64,000 nt of DNA. It comes from Leidyana gryllorum EB-2025a. Its lineage: Eukaryota > Protista > Apicomplexa. The stretch covers positions 744,001 to 808,000 of the forward strand of contig JBLWGC010000230.1 in assembly GCA_048772705.1 (NCBI GenBank). The letters run 5' to 3'. Shown here piece after piece: positions 12,401 to 23,922 of the stretch. The translations under genes and the position numbers were made by a program. The first letter of the stretch is position 1; each line of letters begins with the position of its first letter. The notes beneath the pieces are model-generated. The model had not been told where the DNA came from and did no database searches. It saw only the letters and a program-made list of their open reading frames with translations.

Positions 12401-13476
12401 GCGCTGTTGCACTATCGTTGCCTCCCGAGTGTCTGATTCGTTTTGGCAGATTAAAGCTGTTTCCGCGGTTGTATCACAACCTGGTTCAGAGGGTATTGCA
12501 GAATGGGTTACCCCCCCCACGGCCAGCCCGGCGGGAGGTGCCTCCCCCGGTAGCTCAGCAGCAGCAATGTTCCGCGCCTGCGATAGCCTTTCAACCTCCA
12601 GGTACTTACAGCGCGGACGCTTCTGCGAGCAGCAATGATTTCCACCATCACGCAACGACAGGAAGAGGTTCGACAGCGCTTCATTGTTACGCCGCCCCGC
12701 CCACGAGTCCCGGTGCTCCGGGTGCTGACTCACTCTACGCGGTGCCTCAACATCTTTACGTATATCAATTACCCCCACAATCAACTGACTGGTCGGCGAT
12801 GAGCAAATATCACCCTCAAGAGGCGGCGGCGGCCTACATGTCAGTGATGCCTCAGCATCTGTACTCGGTGGCAGATGGGTCTGGTCTTTATGCCCGTTCA
12901 TCTTCGGTCGATCAGCCAGTGCCTGCGCCCGCGACCCCACAATGGGTTGCCCCCAATACGTCCAAGTACTCGGATTACGCTGCAGCCTCTGTGGCTTCGG
13001 AGACCGGAAATCCGTCCTATCAAAGCCCGACCAAGACACAACAATACTACAGTCCAGGGAAGCGCGGGCAGACCCAGCAGTACCCCGCAACAGCTCCCCC
13101 TGCTGGCCGCTATGTGAGCAGCTCCTACGCTGGAAGCGGTGGTGGGTCTGTGATGAATGGGCCGTCTCAAGGGCGGCGTATGGCGAACAACACCCCGCCA
13201 CCACCGACTCACCATCGTCGGTTGAAGATAGACAAGATCATAACGACGAGCCAATTGCCTAAGCCGCCGTTCGGGTCTCAGCCATGCTGCTTCGTAGAGC
13301 TCCTGGAAATGTCGCAGATGGATCCGGACGGGTACTACAGACGCATCTGTCGAGTCAAGTTGAGTCATCAAGCCGAGATTCTTGAGGAGATCTCGTTTCA
13401 GCCAGCCGTGAACAAACAACAGGACGAGGATACCACTGTTGCAACGGAAGTTAGCCCAACAGTAGACTTTGTGTAG
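9402..13476 (+). CDS. AKAP7/ASCC1-type 2H phosphoesterase protein with large low-complexity insertions, multi-exon
   Basis: Ordered motifs: SHFVAIRI..RFQSEL; KLHL|TLLVL (HxT completed by the intron at ~10402-10448); FRTIGAFGTRVLF; YIPQITLFKISK; KLFPRLY; FGSQPCCFVELLEM..DGYYR. Confidence 0.8.
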
Positions 13477-13554
13477 CCAGTGGGCTTTGACTTCTTCATC
13501 AATCGCCAAGTTTGATCGACGGCCCAAAAACCAAATTCTTTCTTACCTTCGACA

Positions 13555-14575
13555 ATGGGCGACCACCTGTCTGAGGACAGAATCGCTGACTTCAAGGAGG
13601 CCTTTAACCTCTTCGATAAGGATGGAGATGGCAGTAAGCTTAATCGTGCAAGCTCATCCGCCAGCCTCTGAACATAGTGATTACCGCCGAGGAACTAGGA
13701 ACTGTGATGAAGAACTTGGGACAGAATCCGACAGACTCTGAACTCCAAGACATGCTCAACGAAGTCGATGCAGATGGCAACGGTGAGTACCTTCAATAAC
13801 TCTGCGACTGATGAGTTGGGGGTCCACACACACTGCGCGGTCGAGTCTGAATATGTATGGCGATATGTCGAATACTCAGGCACCATCGATTTCCCGGAGT
13901 TCCTGAGTGTTATGGCAAAGAAAGTGAAGGATTCTGACCACGCTGAGGAGCTTGCCGCTGCCTTTAGAGTCTTTGACCGCAATGGAGACGGTAAGATTCC
14001 GTGCTCAGTAATTTGAAACACTTTCCTTAATCAATGTACTTCCCCTCATGCTGTGTGATCTACCATGACACATCATCGGGACTGTACCTTGAAAGCGACT
14101 GGCTGTGTCAAACACCAATTGAAGTGTTGGCATCCGCCGCTGGATACTGGCACTCGTCATAAGTACCGAGTGACAGAACGCCTCGGGTGTTTCGCGTCCC
14201 TCATGTTCCAGCCGCACAAGCGTGCGCCCCCGTGTTTGTGTTTGTGTGTTTGTGTCCGTGTCTCCCTCTGCTGATTATAGAACGACTTTTTTCCGTGCCC
14301 GTGCCTCCCCCCCGTCGGCGGATGCTCAGCGTTGTGTGTCCGGTCCGGATGGTTAATGCTGCAATCAACCGGATGCTTTTGTGGCTTGAATGATGATGTG
14401 GTGGATGGCAGGTTTTATATCGGCAGAAGAGCTGCGTGAAGTGTTAGGAAAGCTCGGCGAACGGCTGGAGGACGACGAGTTGGAGGAGATGCTGCGGGAG
14501 GCGAGATGCAGCGTGACGGACGATAGGTTGATTGACTATCAGGGGTTTGTGCGAATGCTCAATCGAAAGTTCTGA
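13555..14575 (+). CDS. Calmodulin-like protein, 4 exons
   Basis: [33 protein letters not shown]...[15 protein letters not shown]...[14 protein letters not shown]; introns 13634-13677, ~13783-13880, 13991-14411; EF4 degenerate. Confidence 0.92.
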
Positions 14576-14693
14576 CCGATGATGGCGACGACCGATTATC
14601 ACGCGATATAATCAAGCGGGAGCGAGGTAGCGCGCGCGCTGTTCTTTGGCATACACTAATTGGTATATACTAAAAGATAACGCTCATAGACGG

Positions 14694-15557
14694 CTACTTA
14701 TGTTGATGAAAATGTTCAACGGCAAGGTCTGAGACAGAGCACAGGGGGTCAAGATCCCGAAATCGCTCGTTGTAGTCCATGCCATATCCAACTATGAACT
14801 TGGGCGGCAGGTCAAATCCGACAAAGTCGGGTTCGAAACCGCACCAGTTAGTAACCCTGGAAAGAACATATCATTTGGCAACCCTGTAAAGTGTAGAACT
14901 CGTACCGTTTCGAGAACAGACACACACAACGAACCGATTTTGCACCGGCATCATGACACATCTGGCTCAAGACACTAAGGGTCTTGCCGGTGTCAACCAA
15001 ATCCTCTACTAGCAATACATCCTTATTTTCGCAAATGGACCTCAACTGATCCACAGTTTTGCTCGTTCGCACGGTGCCCGTGCTGCTCGAGTTGACATAC
15101 GACGATGCCTCAATGTAATGTTCATAGTACACCGATCGTTCGAGGCCTTCGGGAGCCAGTCTGCGGAACAGCAAACGTGTGCACACCCAGTGGGGGGTGG
15201 CTTGAGTAGTTCACCTGTCAATGGTGCGCAATGATTTGATTAATTCGCCATAGAACCTGTTGGCTCCTTTCAAGCAACAGATCAGTTGCAGGCTGTCGAC
15301 CTGTTGGTAGAACTTATAAATCTCTTTCGCCAGTTTCTCAATTCTGTCCCTCAGGAACCCGGCTGGCAAAAGTACTTCTTTGACGTAGGGCTACGTTGAC
15401 GACAATAATTGTGTGCAAGAACGTGAGGGTGGAAACGCGATACCTGATAGTACGATTGAATGCATACAGCATCAATGGGATAGATGTGATTCTCGGAAAT
15501 GTAAATCCCAGGCACAACTCTGCCCCGAGCAACGACGCCAGAGTGGGAATCACTCAT
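14694..15557 (-). CDS. HPRT: Hypoxanthine-guanine(-xanthine) phosphoribosyltransferase
   Basis: RIEKLAKEI, CCLKGA, SSY, VLLVEDLVDTGKTL (PRPP motif), FIVGYGMDYNERFRDL; short GT-AG introns. Confidence 0.95.
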
Positions 15558-15799
15558 CGCTGATGTCTTGGGCACTTTTTTTGCGCTGATAACAGCGGAC
15601 GTTTTGGCGCGGTGTACTCAGGTCCAATTTTCTCCTAAGATTAAGTTGTGCCAGATCAACAACGAAGTTTTTGAGTGAAGAATCGGGTAGAACTGTCGTG
15701 AGCTCCCAGCCACTCATGTCAGCTCCCATAGCCCTAGGAAGCCCAAATTTTTAGCACAGATGTGGTCGCATCAAGGACGGTGCAAGTTGTCTGGGCACA

Positions 15800-16430
15800 C
15801 TCGTGTGCTAACTGTTGAACTTGTCAATTTCGAATGGTCACGCCGCACAGAATTTCCGGGTTTTGTTTCAAGGCGGAGCTTGACCGTCCCATTTTCTCCG
15901 ATCCATCACTTCCCTCCAGTCGGTGACCTCTGCCGGAGGACTTTATATCACAGTTCCAACCTTCGCGTTCGAAACTTGGAGGTCAGTCACTGCCGCATAA
16001 CGACTTCAAAGGACACTTCCGATTTCGCCCATCAAGTGTTAAACTTGATCATCTCGATGGGGAATGTTTCAGGATGACCCACCGCTTTCGGGTTTGCGCC
16101 CGCCACATCTCGGGTCCCGCCTCGAACTGCCTCCGTTCATATGCCAGCCAAGCGTTGAGTGCAGTAGTATCCCATCGGCCTCAAAAATAGACCACAATTG
16201 AACTAACAGCTGACTCAGATATCGAACAACAGCATCGCGCAGCTCTCACAGTCTCTCACAGTACCTCTCAGCCACACAACAGGCAGCTTCTCCAAGTACG
16301 AAGCTGGATGGGGAGGCACCATTGATCAGTGCCAGTGAGATCGCACTCAGAATTGTCGTCACCTCAACAGGACTCTGACGCTCAAAGCTCGCGATCGGTG
16401 TCAAATTGGCATCCCGGTCACATCGAGTCG
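15800..16430 (-). pseudogene. Decayed paralog of the 2-TM coiled-coil partner gene
   Basis: Minus strand reads ELRDAVVRYLSQL|gttagttcaattgtg (cf. ELCDSLVGFLSQL|gtgagtt) and VTDLQVSNAKV, with in-frame stops. Confidence 0.55.
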
Positions 16431-16496
16431 ATAATACATGAAGCCAAAGTTTTCCACATCACATCATCAATGTCGCTATGATCAATCAATACACTC

Positions 16497-18481
16497 TCAT
16501 ACAGTCTCGAAGTGATCCTTTTCCACTTCGGGAAATACTTCTTCGCGTAAACTTGGAGGGCAGACAGTTGGTAACCAAATAGGAGCATTCAAATACTCCA
16601 ATTCCCGAATCCTTTGATCCATCAGCATGCGACCGAACCACCATTCGTCGGTAGAAAGGACGCCAACCGGCTCAAATAGTCCGCCAACAGAAGTTTGAGC
16701 CTCGTCAACTGTCGCTCGCAACATCTCCGAATACCATTTGCTGACGAATAGCTTCGGAACTGCAATGGAATGAGTGTATGGGGAGAGAACGGACTCCGCT
16801 TGAGCACTCTTCTCACGCAGTGGTGGCCACTCTTCGCTGTCGTCAGCAGATTGACCCATCATGACTTTATCCATCTGTTCAGCCGAGCACCCTAAGTATT
16901 TGACCACAGCTCGGAGAGTGGCGTCCGTGTAGAGCCCCGAGACGAGTTCTAATTGGACCTTCGGCCACGGGTACTCCAGAAGCGCTGCAGCTCGAAGGCC
17001 AAACCGAATACGGAGGCCTTTCCGCCGCCAAATAGAGTGACCAACCAGAAACCAGTCTGTCAATTTTGTGATACTCAAAGGTATTCCGGTGACACCGACA
17101 TAATGGATGTCACATTTCTCCATTAAGCGCCGAATCGCCTCCGGTGAGTCCTCTCGCGTGGTGTGAAGACACAGCACACGCACACAATCGGGACGCCAAC
17201 GTAGCGGGGCTGCGTCTTCAGACAGCGCTGCGACGAGCTCCCAGCCCTGCAGAGGTAATTCGATGCGCTCCAAATTTCCAAACGGCAGAGTCCCCATTGA
17301 CTCTTCCGACAGAGTTGGAGTGCAATCGTTGTTGATATAGAGAAGCCGCGTCACCTCTGACCAGCTCGCTGAGTGCAGCTGGCCGGTGGCGCTTAGATAG
17401 GCTGTCTGATCGCTCACCAACCCAATGTATGTCGGAGGGAACACAGCGGGCGGTCCGGTTAGTGGGAGTGCTTCCCACCTGACAGGGGGGGACTCCAGAT
17501 CCTGAGTTCGCGCTAACTGGAACCATGTCAGGTTCGCACGCGCCCGCGTAGCCACAACTCCGTTCCTTTGAGTCTCGTTGACTATCCGTTGGGGAAGTAG
17601 CCTTCCCAAACACGACCTCGAATATAGAAAGTTCCGGCACAGCGGATGCATATTGCGCTCTCGATCGGTCCATTCTCTCTTGAGATAGTCCAACAACCGT
17701 TTCGACCCCCTGCGCTATGCATCACTGAAGGCTGCAACATCGCTCACCTTGCGCAAATTGGCCACGTGAATCCGATTTCATTGTGCCATTCGATTGAATC
17801 GCTGGTCCAATCGCGTGCTATTGGCAAAGATTGCACCAGAGTGGAGGACGTCTTCCAGCCTCCCTCTATCACAGAAGCGGGAACGTCACCATATTTGAAA
17901 ATCCAATACTTGAAGTGAGGTTTCGTCACCGAGACAATGAGGTCATTGGGGCCGTCGCCCACAGCCTGATGCAGAGCCACCGCCATATCATGGCGAATAA
18001 AGGGAAGGTGGTGCCTTCTGACAGCCAGAAACTCCAACATCGGAGCATCAATTTGCAGAGGCCCTCCAGACAGGACGGAATAATTTAAGTCCAAATACTT
18101 CAGTGTGGGAAAACAGAAAGTATATGACTGCCACGACCCCCCACTCGGGAAAGTCACGCCTATGGTCGCCTTCGTCAGCTTGGGCACACCCCATTGGCAC
18201 ATCTTCTGCAGTAGATTAACGACGATGAGATCCATATCATGCATTCCAATCCAGTAGAGCGATTCCAGATGTGGGCACGATCTATGCAGCCATTCTTGGA
18301 ACCAAGAGGCGCGGTGTACCCAGGCCCACTGTCTTGAGGTGAGATGCAATTGATGCGAGCCCAACAACGAACTTTCTGAGTGAAGAACATTGTAGATCTG
18401 TTTGGAGATTGCAGCCACTCTTGTCAGTTCCCATAGCGGCAGGAAGCCCAGAATTTGCGCCCAAATGTGGTCACAGAGCAT
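16497..18481 (-). CDS. F-box/LRR-like protein copy 1 (~650 aa, 2 exons)
   Basis: N-terminal MLCDHIWAQILGFLPLWELTRVAAISKQI is F-box-like; LRR-like CPHLESL, FPTLKYLDL, IDAPMLEFL; 38-nt intron 17710-17747 joins ICAR|GSKRLLDYLK. Confidence 0.8.
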
Positions 18482-19500
18482 TCTTCAGCACTGAAATCCG
18501 CAGGAATTGTCCGCGCACACTCGTGTGCTGACTGAGTGAACTTGCGGGGCGATGTCTTCTGGTCATGCCGCACAGAGTTCCCGCGCATTCTTCCAGCGTG
18601 CAGCTCAAACGAAGCACCGCGTTCCATGTCTCCTTTGTAGAACCCGTCCAGGATCTCGTACTGCTCGGTTTTTGCACGAAGACTGATGTTCTGTTTCCCG
18701 AATGTTTATCAGATCGTTCGTCAGTTCTTTTCAACATATCAGCGGGCAACGTGAAAGATACATTTGTGTAGGGAGGACTGCTTGGGGCTGAACAGCAACG
18801 CAGGAGGTGTGTGCAGATTTGCTTTCAACCAACAGCATAGTGCACGCGGGCTCTTACCAAGTATGGAGCAGAGCTCAGCGGAAATTGTCCTGAGTACGAG
18901 GGAATATCGTACTCTTCTAAAGGGGCACTCCAGATGCTTTTTACAATATAAAGGCCAAACATGATGTTCTGTGCAGTACGGGCCATAAATGATGTCGAAG
19001 ATAAAGTTCTGGTCCCCGTCCCGAGGAATACTAAGCAGACAAAAGTTATTCAATCGCTTGACAATATCTCAATATGATCATCTCATGACAGTTCACTGCA
19101 CTTGCAGTCTCATGAACTAAGTCTGTCACTTGGGCGACTTCAAATCTATGAAAGAAAGCTATTGCGGCCGCGAACTTTGTCGCTTCTCCCAGATCTACTG
19201 ACTATATCACCGCCCTCGCAGTGCTCGGTCGCGGGTGATCGCATCGGGTAATACTCAATGAGGCATCGTGTATATTGCTGTCAACAAGACGCATACGTGG
19301 AGCGGCCGTAGTTGATTGACTGTCTGGCTGCAAAGCCGTTGAGTTGATGGACCCGAGTCATTCGCATCTCCTAACTCCTGCTCGGTCGGCACAACACTCC
19401 TTCTCGCAGCTGGAGCCAGCGCGATCCCACTCGAGGTCTCCGCCGGCCGATCTCCGAACTTTCAGGAGGGACGTTACAGTCGAAGGTCTTCGGGAGGAGG

Positions 19501-20056
19501 TCACTCACCTCCAACCTGTAAACGCGGATGCCCGGACTGTGTTTGCAGATCAGTAACCTCGTCCCGAAGAGCTTGAAGGGTAGTCGTTACCTCCATCTTG
19601 AAATCTAGAAGGCCAGGTACCGACGCCCTAAGAAGTCCATCTGCAGTGGTGTCATCAGTTCGGATATTAGCCACTGCCACTCCAACATTGCGAACGTCAT
19701 TGTCGACGAGCTCGAATCGTTGATGGATCTCATCCCTATGTACTGGGTCTCTGTCAGGACCACCCTCTTGTACCCCGCTTCCACTTCCAGCGCTGTGTTG
19801 CCCCAATTGATGCACTGAGCCAACCGTAAAAAAGACCAATCTGTAAGCCTTAAGGCAATTCGAAGCACAATTGAACTCACGGCAGGCTCAGAGGTCCAAA
19901 CAGATAATCGCGCAAAGCGGCTGCCGCCTCTCTCCGTGACGAAGGCACCACAGATAGTATGTTGACAACACCGATCGATACCACTACGCCAGCAGTAAGG
20001 ATAGTGGCCGCTAGAAATGGGTTTTGCATCCAAAGGCTCGACTGATCCCTTTCCAT
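19501..20056 (-). CDS. 2-TM coiled-coil partner gene, C-terminus truncated by an inversion
   Basis: MERDQSSLWMQNPFLAATILTAGVVV...LSLP|LVFFTVG spliced via gtgagt...ttacag; premature stop inside the inverted segment. Confidence 0.65.
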
Positions 20057-20192
20057 TGGTGTGAAACCGTAGCCGCGATATAACTTTTAAGGAGAAGGAT
20101 TTTGCTTGTCTGCCCGGTCGCATCGAGTCGATAATACATAAAGCCTAAGTTTTCCACATCACATCATCAATGTCGCTATCATCAATACACTC

Positions 20193-22177
20193 TCATACAG
20201 TCTCGAAGCCATCCTTTTCCACTTCGGGAAATATTTCTTCGCGTAAACTCGGAGGACAGACAGTCGGTAACCAAATAGGAGCATTCAAATACTCCAATTC
20301 CCGAATCCTTTGATCCAGCAGCATGCGGCCGAACCACCATTCGTCGGTAGAAAGGACGCCAATCGCCTCGAATAGTCCGCCAACAGAAGTTTGAGCCTCG
20401 TCCAATGTCGCTCCCAACATCTCCGAATACCATTTGCTGACGAATACTTTTGGAACTGCGATGGAATGAGTGTTTGGGGAGAGAATAGACTCCGCTTGAG
20501 CACACTTCTCACGCAGTGGTGGCCACTCTTCGCTGTCGTCAGCAGATTGACCCATCATGACTTTATCGATCTGTTCAGCCGAGCACCCTATGTATTTGAC
20601 CACAGCTCGGAGAGTGGCGTCCGTGTAGAGACCCGAGACGAGTTCTAATTGGACCCTCGGCCACGGGTACTCCAAAAGCGCTGCAGCTCGAAGGCCAAAC
20701 CGAATACGGAGGCCTTTCCGCCGCCAAATAGAGTGACCAACCAGAAACCAGTCTGTCAATTTTGTGATACTCAAAGGTACTCCGGTGACACCGACATAAT
20801 GGATGTCACATTTCTCCATTAAGCGCCGAATCGCGTCCGGTGAGTCCTCTCGCTTGGTGTGAAGACACAGCACACGCACACAATCGGGACGCCAACGCAC
20901 CGGGGCTGCGTCTTCAGACAGCGCTGCGACGAGCTCCCAGCCCTGCAGAGGTAATTCGATGCGCTCCAAATTTCCAAACGGCAGAGTCTCCATTGACTCT
21001 TCCGACAGAGTTGGAGTGCAATCGTTGTTGATATAGAGAAGCCGCGTCACCTCTGACCAGCTCGCTGAGTGCAGCTGGCCGGTGGCGCTTAGATAGGCTG
21101 TGTGATCGGTCACCAACCCAATGTATGTCGGAGGGAACACAGCGGGCGGTCCGGTTAGTGGGAGTGCTCTCCACTTGACAGGGGAGGACTCCAGATCCTG
21201 AGTTCGCGCTAACTGGAACCATGTCAGGTTCGCACGCGCCCGCGTAGCCACAACTCCGTTCCTTTGAGTCTCGTTGACTATCCGTTGCGGATATAGCCAT
21301 CCCACACACGAAGTCGAAGATAGAAAGTTCCGGCACAGCGGATGCATACTGCGCTCTCGATCGGTCCATTCTCTCTTGAGATAGTCCAACAACCGTTTTG
21401 ACCCCCTGCGCTATGCATCATTGAAGGCTGCAACATTGCTCACCTCGCGCAAATTGGCCACGTGAATCCGATTTCATTGTGCCATTCGATTGAATCGCTG
21501 GTCCAATCGCGTGCTATTGGCAAAAATTGCACCAGAGTGGAGGACGTCTTCCAGCCTCCCTCTATCACAGAAGCAGGAACGTCACCATTTTTGAAAATCC
21601 AATACTTGAAATGAGGTTTCGTCACCGAGACAATGAGGTCATTGGGGCCGTCGCCCACTGCCTGATGCAGAGCCACCGCCATATCATGGCGAATAAAGGG
21701 AAGGTGGTGCCTTCTGACAGCCAGAAACTCCAACATCGGAGCATCGATTTGCAGAGGCCCTCCAGACAGGACAGAATCAATTAAGTCCAAATACTTCAGT
21801 GTGGGAAAACAGAAAGTATATGACTGCCACGACCCCCCACTCGGAAAAGTCACGCCTATGGTCGCCTTCGTCAGGTTGGGCACACCCCATTGGCACATCT
21901 TCTGCAGTGCATCAACGACGATGTGATCCTTGTCACTCAGTCCGATCCAATAGAGCGATTCCAGATGTGGGCACGATCTGTGCAGCCATTCTTGGAACCA
22001 AGAGGCGCGGTGTACCCAGGCCCACTGCCTTGAGGTGAGATGCAATTGATGCGAGCCCAACAACGAACTTTCTGAGTGAAGAACATTGTAGATCTGTTTG
22101 GAGATTGCAGCCACTCTTGTCAGCTCCCACAGCGGCAGGAAGCCCAGAATTTGCGCCCAAATGTGGTCACAGAGCAT
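20193..22177 (-). CDS. F-box/LRR-like protein copy 2
   Basis: Near-identical to copy 1, same intron. Confidence 0.8.
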
Positions 22178-23004
22178 TCTTCAGCACTGAAGACCGCAGG
22201 AATTGTCCATGCACACTCGTGTGCTGACTGAGTGAACTTGCGGGGTGATGTCTACTGGTCATGCCGCACAGAGTTCCCGGGCATTCTTCCAGCGTGCAGC
22301 TCAACCGAGGCACTGCGTTCCATGTCTCCTTTGTAGAACCCGTCCAGGATCTCGTACTGCTCGGTTTTTGCACGAAGACTGATGTTCTGCTTCCCGGATG
22401 TTTATCAGATCGTTCGTCAGTTCTTTTCAACATATCAGCGGGCAACGTGAAAGATACATTTGTGTAGGGACGACTGCTTGCGGCTGAACAGCAACGCAGG
22501 AGGTGTGTGCAGATTTGCTTTCATCCAACAGCATAGTGCACGCGGGCTCTTACCAAGGATTGAGCAGAGTCCACAGGCAATTGTCCTGAGTACGAGGGGA
22601 TATCGTACTCTTCTAAAGGGGCATTCCAGATACTTTTTACAATATAAAGGCCAAACATGATGTTCTGTGCAGTACGGGCCATAAATGATGTCGAAGATAA
22701 AGTTCTGGTCCCCGTCCCGGGGAATACTAAGCAGACGAAAGTTATTCAATCGATTGACAATATCTCAATCTGACCACCTCATGACAGTCCACTGCACTTG
22801 CAGTCTCACGAACTAAGTCTGTCAGTTGGGCGACTTCAAATCTATGAAAGCTATTGCCGCCGCGAACTTTGTCGCTTCTCCCAGATGCACTTAGCTACTG
22901 ACTATATCACCGCCCTCGGAGTCCTCGGTCGCCGGTGATCGCATCAGGCAATACTCAATGAGGCATCGTGTACATTGCTCTCAAGAATCTACATTTACTC
23001 GGCG

Positions 23005-23782
23005 CTAGGAGTCATCGATGACTGGACCCGAGTCATTCGCATCTCCTAACTCCTGCTCAGTCGGCACAACACTCCTTCTCGCAGCTGGAGCCATCGCTAT
23101 CCCACTGGAGCCCTCCGTCGGCCGATCTTCAAACACAGTCCGGGCATTCGCGTTTAAAGTTCGGAGATCAGTCACCTCGTCTCGAAGTGCTTGAAGGGTA
23201 CCCGTAACATCCCTCCTGAAAGTTCGGAGATCAATCACCTCATCCCGAAGAGCTTGAAGGGTACCCGTAACATCCCTCCTGAAAGTTTGCAGATCAGTCA
23301 CCTCGTCCCGAAGAGCTTGAAGGGTAGCCGTAACATCCCTCCTGAAATCTAAAAGGCCAGTTACCGACGCCCTAAGAAGTCCATCTGCAGTGGTGTTATC
23401 AGTTCGGATATTAGCCACTGCCACTCCAACATTGCGAACGTCATTCTCGACGCGCTCGAATCGTTGATGGATCTCATCCCTATTCACTGGGTCTCTTTCA
23501 GGGCCTCCTCTTCCAGCGCTTTGCTGCCCCGATTGATGCACTGAGCCAACCGTAAGAAAGACCAATCTATAAGCCTTAAGTCAATTCGAAGCACAACCGA
23601 ACTCACAGCTGACTCAGAAATCCAACAAGAGAATCGCACAGCTCGGCTGCCACCTCTCTCCGTGACGAAGGCTCCACAGATAGTATGTTGACAACATTGA
23701 TCAATACCACTACGCCAGCAGTAGGGATAGCGGCCGCTAGAAATGGGTTTTGCATCCAAAGGCTCGACTGATCCCTTTCCAT
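23005..23782 (-). CDS. 2-TM coiled-coil partner gene, intact (~245 aa) with 20-aa repeats
   Basis: Exon 1 MERDQ...LVGFLSQL, intron gtgagt...ttatag (~23567-23606), exon 2 with (FRRDVTGTLQALRDEVTDLRT)-type repeats. Confidence 0.72.
23160..23350 (-). repeat. 60-nt coding tandem repeat x3
   Basis: cgtaacatccctcctgaaa recurs at 60-nt spacing. Confidence 0.9.
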
Positions 23783-23922
23783 TGGTGTGAAACCGTAGCC
23801 GCGATATAACTTTTCAGGAAAAGGATTCCCCCTGTCTCCCCGGTCACATCGAGTCGACAACACATAAAGCCAAAGTTTTCCACATCACATCATCAATGTC
23901 GCTATGATCAATCAATACACTC

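Noticed and set aside
16497-17696. 399-aa ORF as a separate gene
   Set aside because: TTG start; joins the F-box ORF in frame through a conserved 38-nt GT-AG intron
18471-19053. 92- and 104-aa ORFs upstream of F-box copies
   Set aside because: Non-ATG starts and broken in copies 3-4; likely promoter/UTR sequence conserved by recent duplication
23160-23350. Regular repeats as a possible CRISPR array (also 49500-50690)
   Set aside because: Contiguous in-frame coding repeats without unique spacers; eukaryotic context and no cas genes
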